Positions 11,350-21,836 of a stretch of DNA of 64,000 bases are shown piece after piece. The DNA is from Piedraia hortae CBS 480.64 (taxonomy: Eukaryota). The notes beneath the pieces are model-generated. The model made no database searches, had not been told where the DNA came from, and was given only the letters and a program-made list of their open reading frames with translations. Positions within the stretch are counted from its first letter, which is position 1, and every line of letters starts with the position of its first letter. The translations under genes were made by a program, and so were the position numbers. The DNA is taken from NCBI GenBank assembly GCA_010093745.1, contig MU006019.1:1-64000 (forward strand), in the 5' to 3' direction.

Positions 11350-12231
11350 ATGCCCGCCTCCACCTCCACCTCCACCTCCTCTGAAGGCGGTGGAGTCCCT
11401 ATTCTCTCCTTCAACCTCCCCAAATCCATCTCCGCAGCATCCACAAAACGAAAACGCCCTTCCTCCCCCCAACCAAAACCCAACAAGAACCCAAAACATA
11501 CCAAAGAATCAAAGCAGGAGCTAAATCCAGAGATAGCAAATCTCAGCCCCCGCGCATTAGCAAGCTACATGCTCACCCAAACGCGTCGTTTCCAACCAGA
11601 TCTAACCACCCTCGAGCTTGAAGAGTTGACCCTCCCGGTCGAGAGGATAAGGGATACGACGGCGTGGAAAGACCAGAGGGTGGCGGGGAAGTTACCTGAT
11701 TTTATTCGATATCTGTGTGGGAGTGAGGCTCTATCCACAAAGAAGGGTGCTTCGCGCACGGAGGAGAGGGATGCTCCGCGCACAAAGAAGGGCGGTCAAC
11801 CCGCAAAGGAGGACGCTCCACCCTCAGAGAAAGCCGCTCCACCCGCAAATAACTCCTCTCCGCACACCGAAAAAGGCGCTCCGCACACGCTCATAATCTC
11901 CAGCTCGGGCCTCCGCTCCGCGGACTTGTACCGCGCTTTGCGGGGGCTCAAGGGCGAGAAAGTCGTGAAGCTTTTTGCAAAACATATTAAACTTGCTGAG
12001 GCGAGGGAGGTTGTGAGGAGGACGGGGTTTGGGGTTGGGGTTGGCACGCCGAGGAGGATGCTTGATTTGGTGAGAGGGGGGGAGTTGAGAACAAACAAAT
12101 TGGAGAGGGTGATTGTTGATGCGTCGTTTAGGGATCAGAAGCAAAAGGGTGTGTTGGAGATTAGGGAGACATGTGGTGCGTTGGGGGAGTTGGTTAAGGA
12201 GTTGGAGGGGGTGGAGGTCGTGTTTTTTTAG
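11350..12231 (+). CDS. CMS1: 90S pre-ribosome factor Cms1
   Basis: GAPHTLIISSSGLRSADLYRAL, VVKLFAKHIKL, GVGTPRRMLDL and IVDASFRDQK motifs; first ATG at 11350. Confidence 0.9.
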   Translation: MPASTSTSTSSEGGGVPILSFNLPKSISAASTKRKRPSSPQPKPNKNPKHTKESKQELNPEIANLSPRALASYMLTQTRRFQPDLTTLELEELTLPVERIRDTTAWKDQRVAGKLPDFIRYLCGSEALSTKKGASRTEERDAPRTKKGGQPAKEDAPPSEKAAPPANNSSPHTEKGAPHTLIISSSGLRSADLYRALRGLKGEKVVKLFAKHIKLAEAREVVRRTGFGVGVGTPRRMLDLVRGGELRTNKLERVIVDASFRDQKQKGVLEIRETCGALGELVKELEGVEVVFF

Positions 12232-12383
12232 ATGGGGAGGGAGAGGGGGTGGGGGTGGGGGTGGGACGAAGAAATCGAGACGATCTTCATTCACACGTTC
12301 GTCTAGGAATGCAATTGAACCTCCTCGAGTGGGATATGGGGAGGGATATGTGGACAATGTAAATTCACAGTGCGTCATGATGC

Positions 12384-14210
12384 ATGATTCCCCCTCACCC
12401 ATCCACCAAACCTATATACCGAATATCCCAGTATCACGATCCCAGTACCCAACCAAGGGTCCTACCAACCCTTCGTACCATCCACTCAATGTCCTACTCA
12501 TCAACCCTCCCCTCCCTCCTCATCAACTCCACCACTAAGGTAATCTACCAAAACTTCACTTCACGCGTCGCGACCTCCAACGCCCTTGCCAGCCTATCTT
12601 ACGGCACGAAGATCCTCGGCGGCGTAACCCCCCACAAGTCCGGAACGCACCTCTCTCTCCCCCTCTTCCCCACCCTCCGCCTCGCCGTATCAGCCCTCAA
12701 CCCAACCGCAACCGCCATCTTTGCGCCCGCGTCCCACTGCGCAAGCGCAATCGAATCCGCCCTCGAGTGCGAAATCCCCCTCATCGTTGCGGTCGCAGAA
12801 CACGTTCCTACACATGACATGCTTCGCATCGCAGCGATGCTGCGAACTCAGGGGAGAAGCAGGCTTGTAGGCCCGAATAGTCCGGGGGTGATTTCGCCGC
12901 GGGCGGGGTGCAGGATCGGATTCCAGCCGTTGGGAATTTTTAGGCCTGGGGGGGTGGGGGTTGCGGCGAAGTCGGGGACGTTGTCGTATGAAGCTGTTGC
13001 GAGTTTGACCAAGGGGGGACTGGGGCAGTCGGTTTGTATTGGGGTTGGGGGGGATGTGGTTTCTGGGACAAGTTTGGTGGATGCGTTGAGGGTTTTTGAA
13101 TTTGATGAGGGGACGGAGGGGGTTGTGATTATTGGGGAGGTGGGAGGGGAGGTTGAGGTTGAGGTTGCGGAGTGGGTTACTGAGTATAGGAGGAGGGCGG
13201 AGAGACCGAAGCCGGTTGCTGCGTTGGTTGGGGGATTGGAGGCTCCGGAGAGGAGGGTTATGGGGCATGCGGGCGCGTGGACTGGTGTCGGGGAGAGGTC
13301 GGCGAGGGTGAAGAGGAGGTTGTTGAGAAAGGCGGATGTTGTGGTGGTGGATCATCCGGAGGAGTTTGGGGGCGTTATGAGGGGTTTGTTGGGGCAGAGG
13401 AGGGGTTTTTGTGTTGATGTAAGGGAGAGGGGGTTGGAGGGGGTTTGTATGTTGAGTTTGGATGAGCCGCCTGAAGATGCGGTTTTTGTGGGTGTCACCA
13501 TTGATCGGACTGCTCGTTCGCCGTGCATTGTTACGATGTGTAAAGGGAAAGTTCATCGCATGCCGTACGATTATCGGACTGGGCCTACGAAGGAGGACAT
13601 GGCTAGTCTTCCGGAACAGTTGGTTCCGTTGGTAAGGCAGCTGGTCCGTCTCTTTCGTGAAGAGGCTGCGCTTGTTGTTGGGGGTAAGACTAAGACCAGT
13701 ATCTCCCACAGCAAACCCACCTTATACACGTCCAGTTTTGAGATAAAGGTTGAAAACCGTCCAGAAGAATCAGGCATAGTCTACATCCCTCTCCCGTCGC
13801 CATCAGCTCGGATAGGAACACTCGTAAACGGCGCTGGTTTGGCGATGAACACAATCGATGCATTATCACTCCTTGGAGGGATATGCACCAATTTTCTTGA
13901 TACAGGTGGCAAGGCTAACGCTGCCACCGTGAAACGTAGCTTTGAATTGATTCTGAAAGATGATAGGGTCAAAGTTATCTTTGTGAATGTTTTTGGTGGC
14001 ATCACTGATGGAGGTTTGATTGCAGAGGGAATTGTACAGGCTGTTAAAGAGGTCGATCAGGGGAATGTAAAGGTTGTGGTAAGGATAAAGGGCAATGAAG
14101 AAGAGCTTGCGAAGAAGATCCTGGATGAAGAAGCTTTGAGTAATGTAGAGTGCTATGATTGCTTTGCAGTTGCGGCTAAGAGGGTTGTTGAATTGGCTTA
14201 TAGCAATTGA
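12384..14210 (+). CDS. Succinyl-CoA-synthetase-like fusion: complete alpha subunit plus truncated beta subunit
   Basis: Alpha motifs GGVTP, RLVGPNSPG, KSGTLSYEA, IGEVGG and MGHAGA (catalytic His). Beta C-domain motifs IGTLVNGAGLAMNT, NFLDTGG and IFVNVFGGI, all in a single ORF. Confidence 0.85.
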   Translation: MIPPHPSTKPIYRISQYHDPSTQPRVLPTLRTIHSMSYSSTLPSLLINSTTKVIYQNFTSRVATSNALASLSYGTKILGGVTPHKSGTHLSLPLFPTLRLAVSALNPTATAIFAPASHCASAIESALECEIPLIVAVAEHVPTHDMLRIAAMLRTQGRSRLVGPNSPGVISPRAGCRIGFQPLGIFRPGGVGVAAKSGTLSYEAVASLTKGGLGQSVCIGVGGDVVSGTSLVDALRVFEFDEGTEGVVIIGEVGGEVEVEVAEWVTEYRRRAERPKPVAALVGGLEAPERRVMGHAGAWTGVGERSARVKRRLLRKADVVVVDHPEEFGGVMRGLLGQRRGFCVDVRERGLEGVCMLSLDEPPEDAVFVGVTIDRTARSPCIVTMCKGKVHRMPYDYRTGPTKEDMASLPEQLVPLVRQLVRLFREEAALVVGGKTKTSISHSKPTLYTSSFEIKVENRPEESGIVYIPLPSPSARIGTLVNGAGLAMNTIDALSLLGGICTNFLDTGGKANAATVKRSFELILKDDRVKVIFVNVFGGITDGGLIAEGIVQAVKEVDQGNVKVVVRIKGNEEELAKKILDEEALSNVECYDCFAVAAKRVVELAYSN

Positions 14211-14230
14211 ATTATGGTGCACTTATCAGC

Positions 14231-14269
14231 GTCTTGGCATTGAAAGTCTTGGCATTGAAAGTCTTGGCA
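14231..14269. repeat. 15-nt tandem repeat GTCTTGGCATTGAAA, about 2.6 copies
   Basis: Read directly, just 3' of the SCS-fusion stop. Confidence 0.9.
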
Positions 14270-15245
14270 AATTGTTGCCTTGCGGTAAAGAGCTGTGGTT
14301 GAAAGAGACTGGGGAAAGATAAGGCTACTCATTGCCTCCCGGCATCCCGAAACACTGTCCATGGGTTATCCTAGTCATCTATCCACTGCAGCTTCCTTGT
14401 TGGGCTGCCAAGCCCCATCATTCAGGGTCAAGCTGTTGGGTTAAGTACCGAAAGTCTCCTCCGTTCGATTGCTTTCGGTGGTTTGCGTATGCAAGTTCCC
14501 ACCATGGACCGTTCAATTGCCGTTTGCATCTCATGTAGGGCCAGTGCGTTTGACGGGAGGCCCCGATGTGAGTGACTATGAATGATGCCTTTGCCGGGTT
14601 CACTCGTCGCCGCTTTTCTGATCAACAACATGGCGAAAAGCAAAAAGAAGATGATCGCAATGGCCCAAAGCCATTTCAAGCTAAGTTATGGCGTCGATGA
14701 ATCTCGGCTAGAAGGGTGTCAGTCTGCTATATGATAACGAATGCAGCCAAGCTAATGATTATCAGGGCAGCGCCTCTGCAGTGATGTTGGGATCGAACCG
14801 GCAAACTCAATTCGTCAGTGCAAACTGGTGGGTCATTGTAGCCTACATAAGAGTGCTCTAATCGATTCAATAGGCCCTTTCCAAAGTCAACATCAATTTG
14901 GTGGACTTTGTTAATGCCATGATCTCTGGCAGCCAAGTCCACCATTTTCCATCTAAAAATGCGCTGAGAGATTACATTGCAAGCCACGGCAACGAGAAAA
15001 CATTTCCGTTGAGAGCGGCCAAGGCGAATGGATATCTGAAGGCCCTCCTCATTACCCTTTGGCGTTGAGATGACGCACGTCAGACGTTCAAGCTAGGTCC
15101 AGGCTAAGCCGAAATAGTTTTAGCGTTATCATGTGCGACAAACGTCACCCGTGTCAGCCTGCGCGAGGAAGAAGGCCATGTTCCTGTCTTGTTAGAGCTG
15201 TGACTGTGTGTATTCCGTATCTCTCAGCAATGAGAAGTGCCCAAA

Positions 15246-18200
15246 ATGCGGCTTGTGTGGATGATTTTGGCTCTGGTTGGTCTGGCGCTCGCCAAAGACC
15301 AGCCAGAGGTCAAGGAATCCAGCTTCGACGGCCCTGTGGGAGACCTGTTCTACTTTGAGGACAGCGATGTTGTTTTGTTAACGTCAGCGCGGACGGCCTA
15401 CAGGTCGGAGGATGCCGGTGCAACGTGGAAACCGCTGGACGGCCCGAATAAGGGCGAGACGATAGACGTAGTGCAGCATCCTCATCTCGACAATGTAGCC
15501 ATTGTGCTTGGTTCTCACAAAACGCATTGGATCACAAAGGACAAGGGCAAGACTTGGACAGCGTTTGACTCGGTGTCGCTGCCTCCCACCATGTCGAGGC
15601 CGGCCATCTCATTCCATGCCACCGACCCTGACCGTATCATCTTCCACTCGGCCGATTGCGTTGGTTGGCTGTGTGACGAGAAGATAATGTACACCACCGA
15701 CGGCTTCAAGACGGCAAAGCCTCTCCGGGATAAGGCCGTCTCATGTCTCTGGGCCAAGTCAACCAATGTCTTTACAACCGGTAGCGAACATCGGGACAAG
15801 AATCAGATCTTGTGTATTGTTAAAGGCAGCCGCTCGCCTTTCAGCGCTAGTTACCGTCTGCTGGCATCCGATGACTTCTTTGAGACCGAGGCTGAGCCAA
15901 CCTTGCACTCGGATGGACGACCTGTTGGTGGCGTTACCCAGCTGGCCGCCGTCAAGGGTTACATTGCTGCCGCTGCCAAGAGCGAACGGACTTCGGAGCT
16001 TGCCATGTATGTGACCGTCGACGCTGTCCACTGGCACCGCGCCGAGTTTGGCGAGCACACACTGGAAGAGGACGGCTACACGCTTCTGGAGTCCACAAAC
16101 TACAGTATGCAGGTTGATGTTCTGTCCGGCAGGAGGACGGCGGCCATGGGTGCCTTGATGACATCAAACTACAACGGCACTTTCTTCACCAAGAACATTG
16201 AACACACCAACCGCAACATGCGCGGCTACGTGGATTTTGAAAAGATCCAGAACATCCAAGGAATCGTCATGGTCAATGTTGTCGATAACCCAGAAGAAGT
16301 TGAGAAAAACTGGCAGGCCGTAAAGAAGCTCAAGACGAAAATCAGTTTCGACGACGGGCGAACGTGGCATGCCATGGGAGGCGATGATGGGCCGTTGCAT
16401 CTCCACAGCGTCACAAATCAAGTCAATCTAGGTCGTATGTTTAGCTCGCCGGCGCCGGGTATCATCATGGGCGTGGGTAATAGAGGCAAACATTTGACGC
16501 CGTATGAAGAAGGCGATCTTCACGTCTCAGACGATGCCGGCTGGTCGTGGAGAAAGGCACTTTCCGGCCCGCATCTTTATGAATTTGGTGATCAGGGCGC
16601 CGTGCTGGTGGCCATCAAGCATGGAGAAACAGATGCCATCCACTGGTCCCTCAACCACGGCAAGGACTGGGAAAAAGCTGATCTTGGCCATCTGGGGGTC
16701 AGGGGAAAGATCACTCCTATCATTCTAACGACCACGCCTGATTCTACATCTCTCAAATTCACCATGGTGGCCACGAGGGGCAAGGGCACTAAGCTTGAGC
16801 ATCTGGTTGTATCTCTTGACTTTGCCGGACTACATGAAGACAAGTGCAAGTCCAAAGACTTTGAAGATTGGTATGCCCGCGTCGACGACAAGGGGAACCC
16901 GACGTGCATCATGGGTCACACCCAGCGATATCGCAGACGTAAGGCGGACAAAAAGTGCTTCGTGGACGAAGAGTTCAAAGACCCCAAGCCTGAGCAAAAG
17001 GACTGCAAATGCACAGCTCAGGACTATGAGTGTGACTTTGAAAACAACTTTGTGTGGGATCCAGACGGCAAGAAGTGTGTGTCTAATGGTCCAATCAAGG
17101 CGCCCAAAGACAAGTGCAAGAACCCCGATGACACATTCATGGGATCAAGCGGCTACCGCCTTATTCCGGGCAACACTTGCATCAAGAAGGGCGGTGAGGT
17201 GCTGGATGAACCGGTCGAGCGAAAATGTGGCGAAGCCGGCAAGGCACCAGCCAGTGGCAAAATCACTGCCGAAGTCACAGAGTTCAAGGGCGGGAGGTTT
17301 GTCGAATACTACTATCTTGAACGCGGCGAGTCCAGTTCAGGAGACGATGAGACTGTCGTCATGCGAACAGATCTCCGTGAGGCCTGGATCACCCACGATC
17401 ACGGCAAAACGTGGAGCCGCATGGACACTGATGGCAAGGAAGTCGTGGCCATTTATCCGCATCAGTACATTAAGGATGTTGTCTATCTCATCACCCCTGG
17501 CAAGAAAGTCTACTTTTCCCAGAACAGAGGAAAGACAATGCACTCGTTCGAGGCGCCTGAGAAGCCAAATCACGACCGGCTGCAAATTCTGCAATTTCAC
17601 CCGACGCAGAAGGATTGGCTCATTTGGACGGGCGGTAGGGACCAGCAGACGGTGGCCCATGTTTCCACAAAAGGCGGCGATGATTGGCGAACGCTGCTGA
17701 AATCCGTACGAAAATGTCAGTTTGTCTATCGCGAAGACAGACGAGACAGCGATCGGTTGATATACTGTGAGCAGTACGAGGATGAAAATCCACACGCTCA
17801 GCTGCGGCTTCTCTCGTCTTCTGACTTCTTTGAACACAAGAAAGAACTGCAGAAGAACATTGTCAGCTTTGCAACCATGGCAGAGTATATCGTCGTGGCT
17901 AAACGGAATACCGAGCTGCACAGCCTGGAAGTTGACACCAGCATTGATGGCCAGATATTTGCCAATGCCCAGTTCCCCAAGAACTTTCACGTCCCACAGC
18001 AACAGGCTTACACGGTGCTGGATTCCAGTACGCATGCCGTGTTCATGCACGTCACCGTCAACAGCGTGGAGGATAGTGAGTATGGAAGCATCGTAAAGTC
18101 CAACTCCAACGGGACGAACTACGTACTCTCTGTAGATGAAGTCAGCCGCAATCGTCTTGGCTACGTAGACTTTGAAAAGATGCAGGGCCTGGAGGGAGTT

Positions 18201-19637
18201 GCCGTCGTCAATCGTGTGGCCAACGCCAAGGACGCTGACAAAGGTCATGCCAAGAAGCTGCAGACGTTTATGACGCACAATGACGGCGCAGATTGGGCGC
18301 GTATTCCCATGGAGAAATGGGAGCGGGACGGCAAAGAGGAAAGGTGTGATGGTGGCATTGAAAAGTGTAGTCTGCACCTACACGGCTACACCGAAAGACG
18401 GGATCCCGGCGATACCTTTTCCTCGCCGTCTGCCGTAGGCCTCATGCTCGCCACGGGCAACGTGGGAGAGTTTCTGAAAACGAAAAAGGAAGCTGATACG
18501 TGGCTTACGGCTGATGGAGGCGTTACATGGAAGCTAGTCGCGCCTGGAAACTGGATGTGGGAGTTTGGCGACCAGGGCTCCATCCTGGTCATCGTCAAGG
18601 AAGACGAACCGACACGGGAGATCCTTTACTCACTAGACGAAGGCTCCAACTGGAAGCGATACACCTTTTCCGACGCTCTTATGACCGTCGAGGATCTTAC
18701 AACCGTCCCAAGCGATACCAGCCGCAACTTCCTCCTCTGGGGTAAGATGAAAGGCAACCTCGTAAGCGTGAACATCGATTTCTCCGGTCTAGAAGAGCGC
18801 AGACACTCGTGCCATCTGGATGAACGCAACCCCGAAGGACCACAAAGCGACTACTACCTCTGGTCCCCCAAACACCCGCAAAGCGACAACGACTGTCTTT
18901 TCGGCCACGTAGCACAATACCACCGCAAAAAAACCGACGCATCATGCTACAACGGTCGCGAACTACAACACCTCCACAACATCGCCCGAAACTGCACCTG
19001 CACCCGCATGGATTTCGAATGCGACTACAACTACGAGCGCGTAAGCGACGGTTCTTGTCGTCTCATCCCGGGCGAAAAACCCCTCGACCCAGAAACCGTC
19101 TGTCGCGAAAACCCCAATTTAGACGAATACTACGACATCACCGGCTACCGCCGCATCCCACTCACAACCTGTGAGGGAGGCTTCGCATTAGACCATACCA
19201 GCACCGTACGCCCTTGTCCAGGCCACGAAGAAGGTTTCAAAAAGAAACACGGCATCTCCGCCTGGGGCGTCTTTTTAGCCATCTTCCTCCCCATCGTTGC
19301 CGCCACTGGGGTAGGTTACTGGGCATATAACCATTGGGATGGGAAATTCGGCCGTATCCGTCTTGGAGAAGAAAGCTCCCTCCCGACTTTCATGTCGAGA
19401 GATACTCTCCTTGACAGGGACGCGCCGTGGATAAAGTACCCCGTGATTGTAATCTCGGCCGTCATGGCCCTGGTCAGTGCCGTTCCGGCAATGGTCGCTA
19501 CTTTAGCGAGAAGGCTAGCACCGCAAAGGGATTCCTCTTTCCCGCGGTTTACGAATCGAAGTCAATTCGCGAGCTCGTTTGGAAGGGGCTCGTACGAGGT
19601 TGTCGATGATTTGGAGAATGAGGGCGAGAGTGATTAG
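15246..19637 (+). CDS. VPS10: Vacuolar sorting receptor Vps10/Pep1 (sortilin family), intronless
   Basis: Signal peptide MRLVWMILALV, two Vps10 propeller plus Cys-rich modules (SFDDGRTW, EFGDQG, DYECD, GYRRIP), one TM helix and a cytosolic tail. Confidence 0.96.
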   Translation: MRLVWMILALVGLALAKDQPEVKESSFDGPVGDLFYFEDSDVVLLTSARTAYRSEDAGATWKPLDGPNKGETIDVVQHPHLDNVAIVLGSHKTHWITKDKGKTWTAFDSVSLPPTMSRPAISFHATDPDRIIFHSADCVGWLCDEKIMYTTDGFKTAKPLRDKAVSCLWAKSTNVFTTGSEHRDKNQILCIVKGSRSPFSASYRLLASDDFFETEAEPTLHSDGRPVGGVTQLAAVKGYIAAAAKSERTSELAMYVTVDAVHWHRAEFGEHTLEEDGYTLLESTNYSMQVDVLSGRRTAAMGALMTSNYNGTFFTKNIEHTNRNMRGYVDFEKIQNIQGIVMVNVVDNPEEVEKNWQAVKKLKTKISFDDGRTWHAMGGDDGPLHLHSVTNQVNLGRMFSSPAPGIIMGVGNRGKHLTPYEEGDLHVSDDAGWSWRKALSGPHLYEFGDQGAVLVAIKHGETDAIHWSLNHGKDWEKADLGHLGVRGKITPIILTTTPDSTSLKFTMVATRGKGTKLEHLVVSLDFAGLHEDKCKSKDFEDWYARVDDKGNPTCIMGHTQRYRRRKADKKCFVDEEFKDPKPEQKDCKCTAQDYECDFENNFVWDPDGKKCVSNGPIKAPKDKCKNPDDTFMGSSGYRLIPGNTCIKKGGEVLDEPVERKCGEAGKAPASGKITAEVTEFKGGRFVEYYYLERGESSSGDDETVVMRTDLREAWITHDHGKTWSRMDTDGKEVVAIYPHQYIKDVVYLITPGKKVYFSQNRGKTMHSFEAPEKPNHDRLQILQFHPTQKDWLIWTGGRDQQTVAHVSTKGGDDWRTLLKSVRKCQFVYREDRRDSDRLIYCEQYEDENPHAQLRLLSSSDFFEHKKELQKNIVSFATMAEYIVVAKRNTELHSLEVDTSIDGQIFANAQFPKNFHVPQQQAYTVLDSSTHAVFMHVTVNSVEDSEYGSIVKSNSNGTNYVLSVDEVSRNRLGYVDFEKMQGLEGVAVVNRVANAKDADKGHAKKLQTFMTHNDGADWARIPMEKWERDGKEERCDGGIEKCSLHLHGYTERRDPGDTFSSPSAVGLMLATGNVGEFLKTKKEADTWLTADGGVTWKLVAPGNWMWEFGDQGSILVIVKEDEPTREILYSLDEGSNWKRYTFSDALMTVEDLTTVPSDTSRNFLLWGKMKGNLVSVNIDFSGLEERRHSCHLDERNPEGPQSDYYLWSPKHPQSDNDCLFGHVAQYHRKKTDASCYNGRELQHLHNIARNCTCTRMDFECDYNYERVSDGSCRLIPGEKPLDPETVCRENPNLDEYYDITGYRRIPLTTCEGGFALDHTSTVRPCPGHEEGFKKKHGISAWGVFLAIFLPIVAATGVGYWAYNHWDGKFGRIRLGEESSLPTFMSRDTLLDRDAPWIKYPVIVISAVMALVSAVPAMVATLARRLAPQRDSSFPRFTNRSQFASSFGRGSYEVVDDLENEGESD

Positions 19638-20985
19638 TTTTCTTCTGCGTGTATATAATTTTGTATCTTGTCTGAAATAGTGTTGAGATGTGATGTGTCA
19701 GATCAGGTTGAATGTGAGATTACCATCGACTTTGAATATGTGTTTCAGTGTCTGAATTTACTAGTACAGTTATGGCATCTCTACAGTGCACGACATGGGT
19801 CAAGGGGTGTGGTAACGGTGGAAATGCATTGGCAGTCTCCGCAGCAAAATACTCAGGCTCCTCGATCCCTGATAACAGGTTCCCGCACAGCACTTCCAGA
19901 ACATAATCGGAGGTGACAAGGAAGACAATGTTACTATAGACTCTAGGGTTAAGGGTGCCTGTCACCTTGATCCTATTGGGACAGCATCAACAGCTCTTTG
20001 TCTATGCCGGTACTTTTGTAAATAGTCGATTGCCCGGACAATAACGATTCCATCGCTAATCTGTGTCCAAAGCCAAAGGGCCATGATTTGTCTCTTCAGC
20101 CTGCCCTTATCGGTTGTTTGGCGTGCCTCCTTGTGGAATGCTTATAGCCAAATGGCAAGATAATCGTCGAAACGCATTAGCAATGAATCTAGCAATAAAT
20201 CGTCTGTGGGGCAAATGTTGCCTGGATGATGCTGGTGACGATATTACTGGCTTCCATAACGGCTCAATGAATAAAAGCTCCACCTGCAGCCGCACGGGAG
20301 GATCAACATAGACGGCAGCCTTCTCAGCGGTGTTCCGCCATCTTGAAATATGCGGCAAGAGGGGGTTCTTCCTCTCCGCCAACTCCTGCAAGATATTATG
20401 CATTTCCTGAGCCGTTCAAAAGTGTACCCACGATGATACTCCTCCGGTACGGTTATAACGGTACAGGAGGAACATCATCTCTCGCAGTCTTCAGCCCCTG
20501 TCCCCTCTTTTACCACCCCCACCTATGTTCCCAGACCCGTCCCCTCCTCCATCTCCAATCTTCTGCTCAATCTCTTCGACGCCTTGTCTCTATCTCACCC
20601 AACTGTCTCTCTCATCACCTCTCCCCTCCTTTCCAACCCCTACCTCTCCTGCACCGCTTGGGCCTCCCCTCGCTTCCACGTTTTCGTTTCTTCTTTGAAT
20701 CTGCCTTCCCTCAATCAATCATCCTTCCTATCGCTGTCCAGATCCGGGTGAAATTTCGTTTTCCTCTTCATCTAGTCGTCCCCGAAATTTGTCGTATCCA
20801 GGGCGTGCGAATGTTGGGGCAAATTGATAAACCCGAAAAAGTGCCCAAGGCCCAACAAGCCAACATACTTCAGAACCAGAAGGATGGTTCGGGAACGACG
20901 CAAGAGCACGCGTGTCGGAAGCAATGACTTCGATGACTGAACCGACTGCGATGGAAAAGCAGTGCAGTGCGACATTGAATGGATC

Positions 20986-21082
20986 AGAGAGAGTGAGAGT
21001 GAGTGTGAGAGTGAGTGTGAGTGAGTGTGAGTGAGTGTGAGTGAGTGTGAGTGAGTGTGAGTGAGTGTGAGTGAGTGTGAGT

Positions 21083-21150
<68 letters not shown>
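20986..21150. repeat. Compound microsatellite (GTGAGTGTGA)n-(GA)n-(GT)n
   Basis: About 7 copies of the 10-mer at 21011-21080, then a GA run and a GT run. Confidence 0.97.
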
Positions 21151-21151
<1 letters not shown>

Positions 21152-21768
21152 TGTGTAAAGAATGGACAGTATGTCTGGGAGCGAAGCTTTTAAGCATCAC
21201 TCAGATGTGGGGCACTAGTCGGTGTGCTCTTTTCGCATTCGTTGAAACGTCACTTAGATGCACGGAATCCATTCTCATGTGTGACTCTGTGCTTCATGAG
21301 GGGAAAGAGACATACCGTTCGCCTGGCCACTTATTAGTATGCACCTCTGGTGAAAATTATTTGTCATTTCGTAAGAATGGGCTGACTTGTATAGAATAGC
21401 CCACATCCTTCCCAACTGTGGAGTTCGGCTCCGCTTCTATGTCTAAGCGATGTGAGTTATTTTTACATCGCTGTGGCTATCATGTCTACCCTATGCGTTC
21501 TTTGCGGGCTGTTCTATCCCCTCCACGAATAGAATTTGGGAGGAGATGTTTCCATCGAAAAGGGTCAACGAGCCGAGCCACGAAAGGCCCTATCAAATAT
21601 TATTACTCCTTGCTGGACACCCTAATAATCCCTTCACAACCACCACTACTCTATGGCGCCAGAGGACTTCCTACATACGGTTCTTGAACTGTTATCTTGC
21701 GGGCCATGTCCAGAATACTGTACTCATTGACCGCTCATGCATTTAAACTTTCTCTAATACAAACCTTT

Positions 21769-21781
21769 CCCCCCCCCCCCC

Positions 21782-21814
<33 letters not shown>
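21769..21814. repeat. Poly-C/poly-G tract (46 nt, one interruption)
   Basis: Read directly; lies 22 nt past the ferric reductase stop. Confidence 0.95.
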
Positions 21815-21816
<2 letters not shown>

Positions 21817-21836
21817 ACCCCCCAAAAATCTCTAAA

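Noticed and set aside
12690..13709. 339-aa Pro/His/Asn-rich minus-strand ORF; likewise 17337..18377 and 49598..50281
   Set aside because: Antisense to well-supported genes and explained by codon bias or skew.
20772..21399. ORFs with HT/SL/RE/VC repeats
   Set aside because: Translations of the microsatellite.
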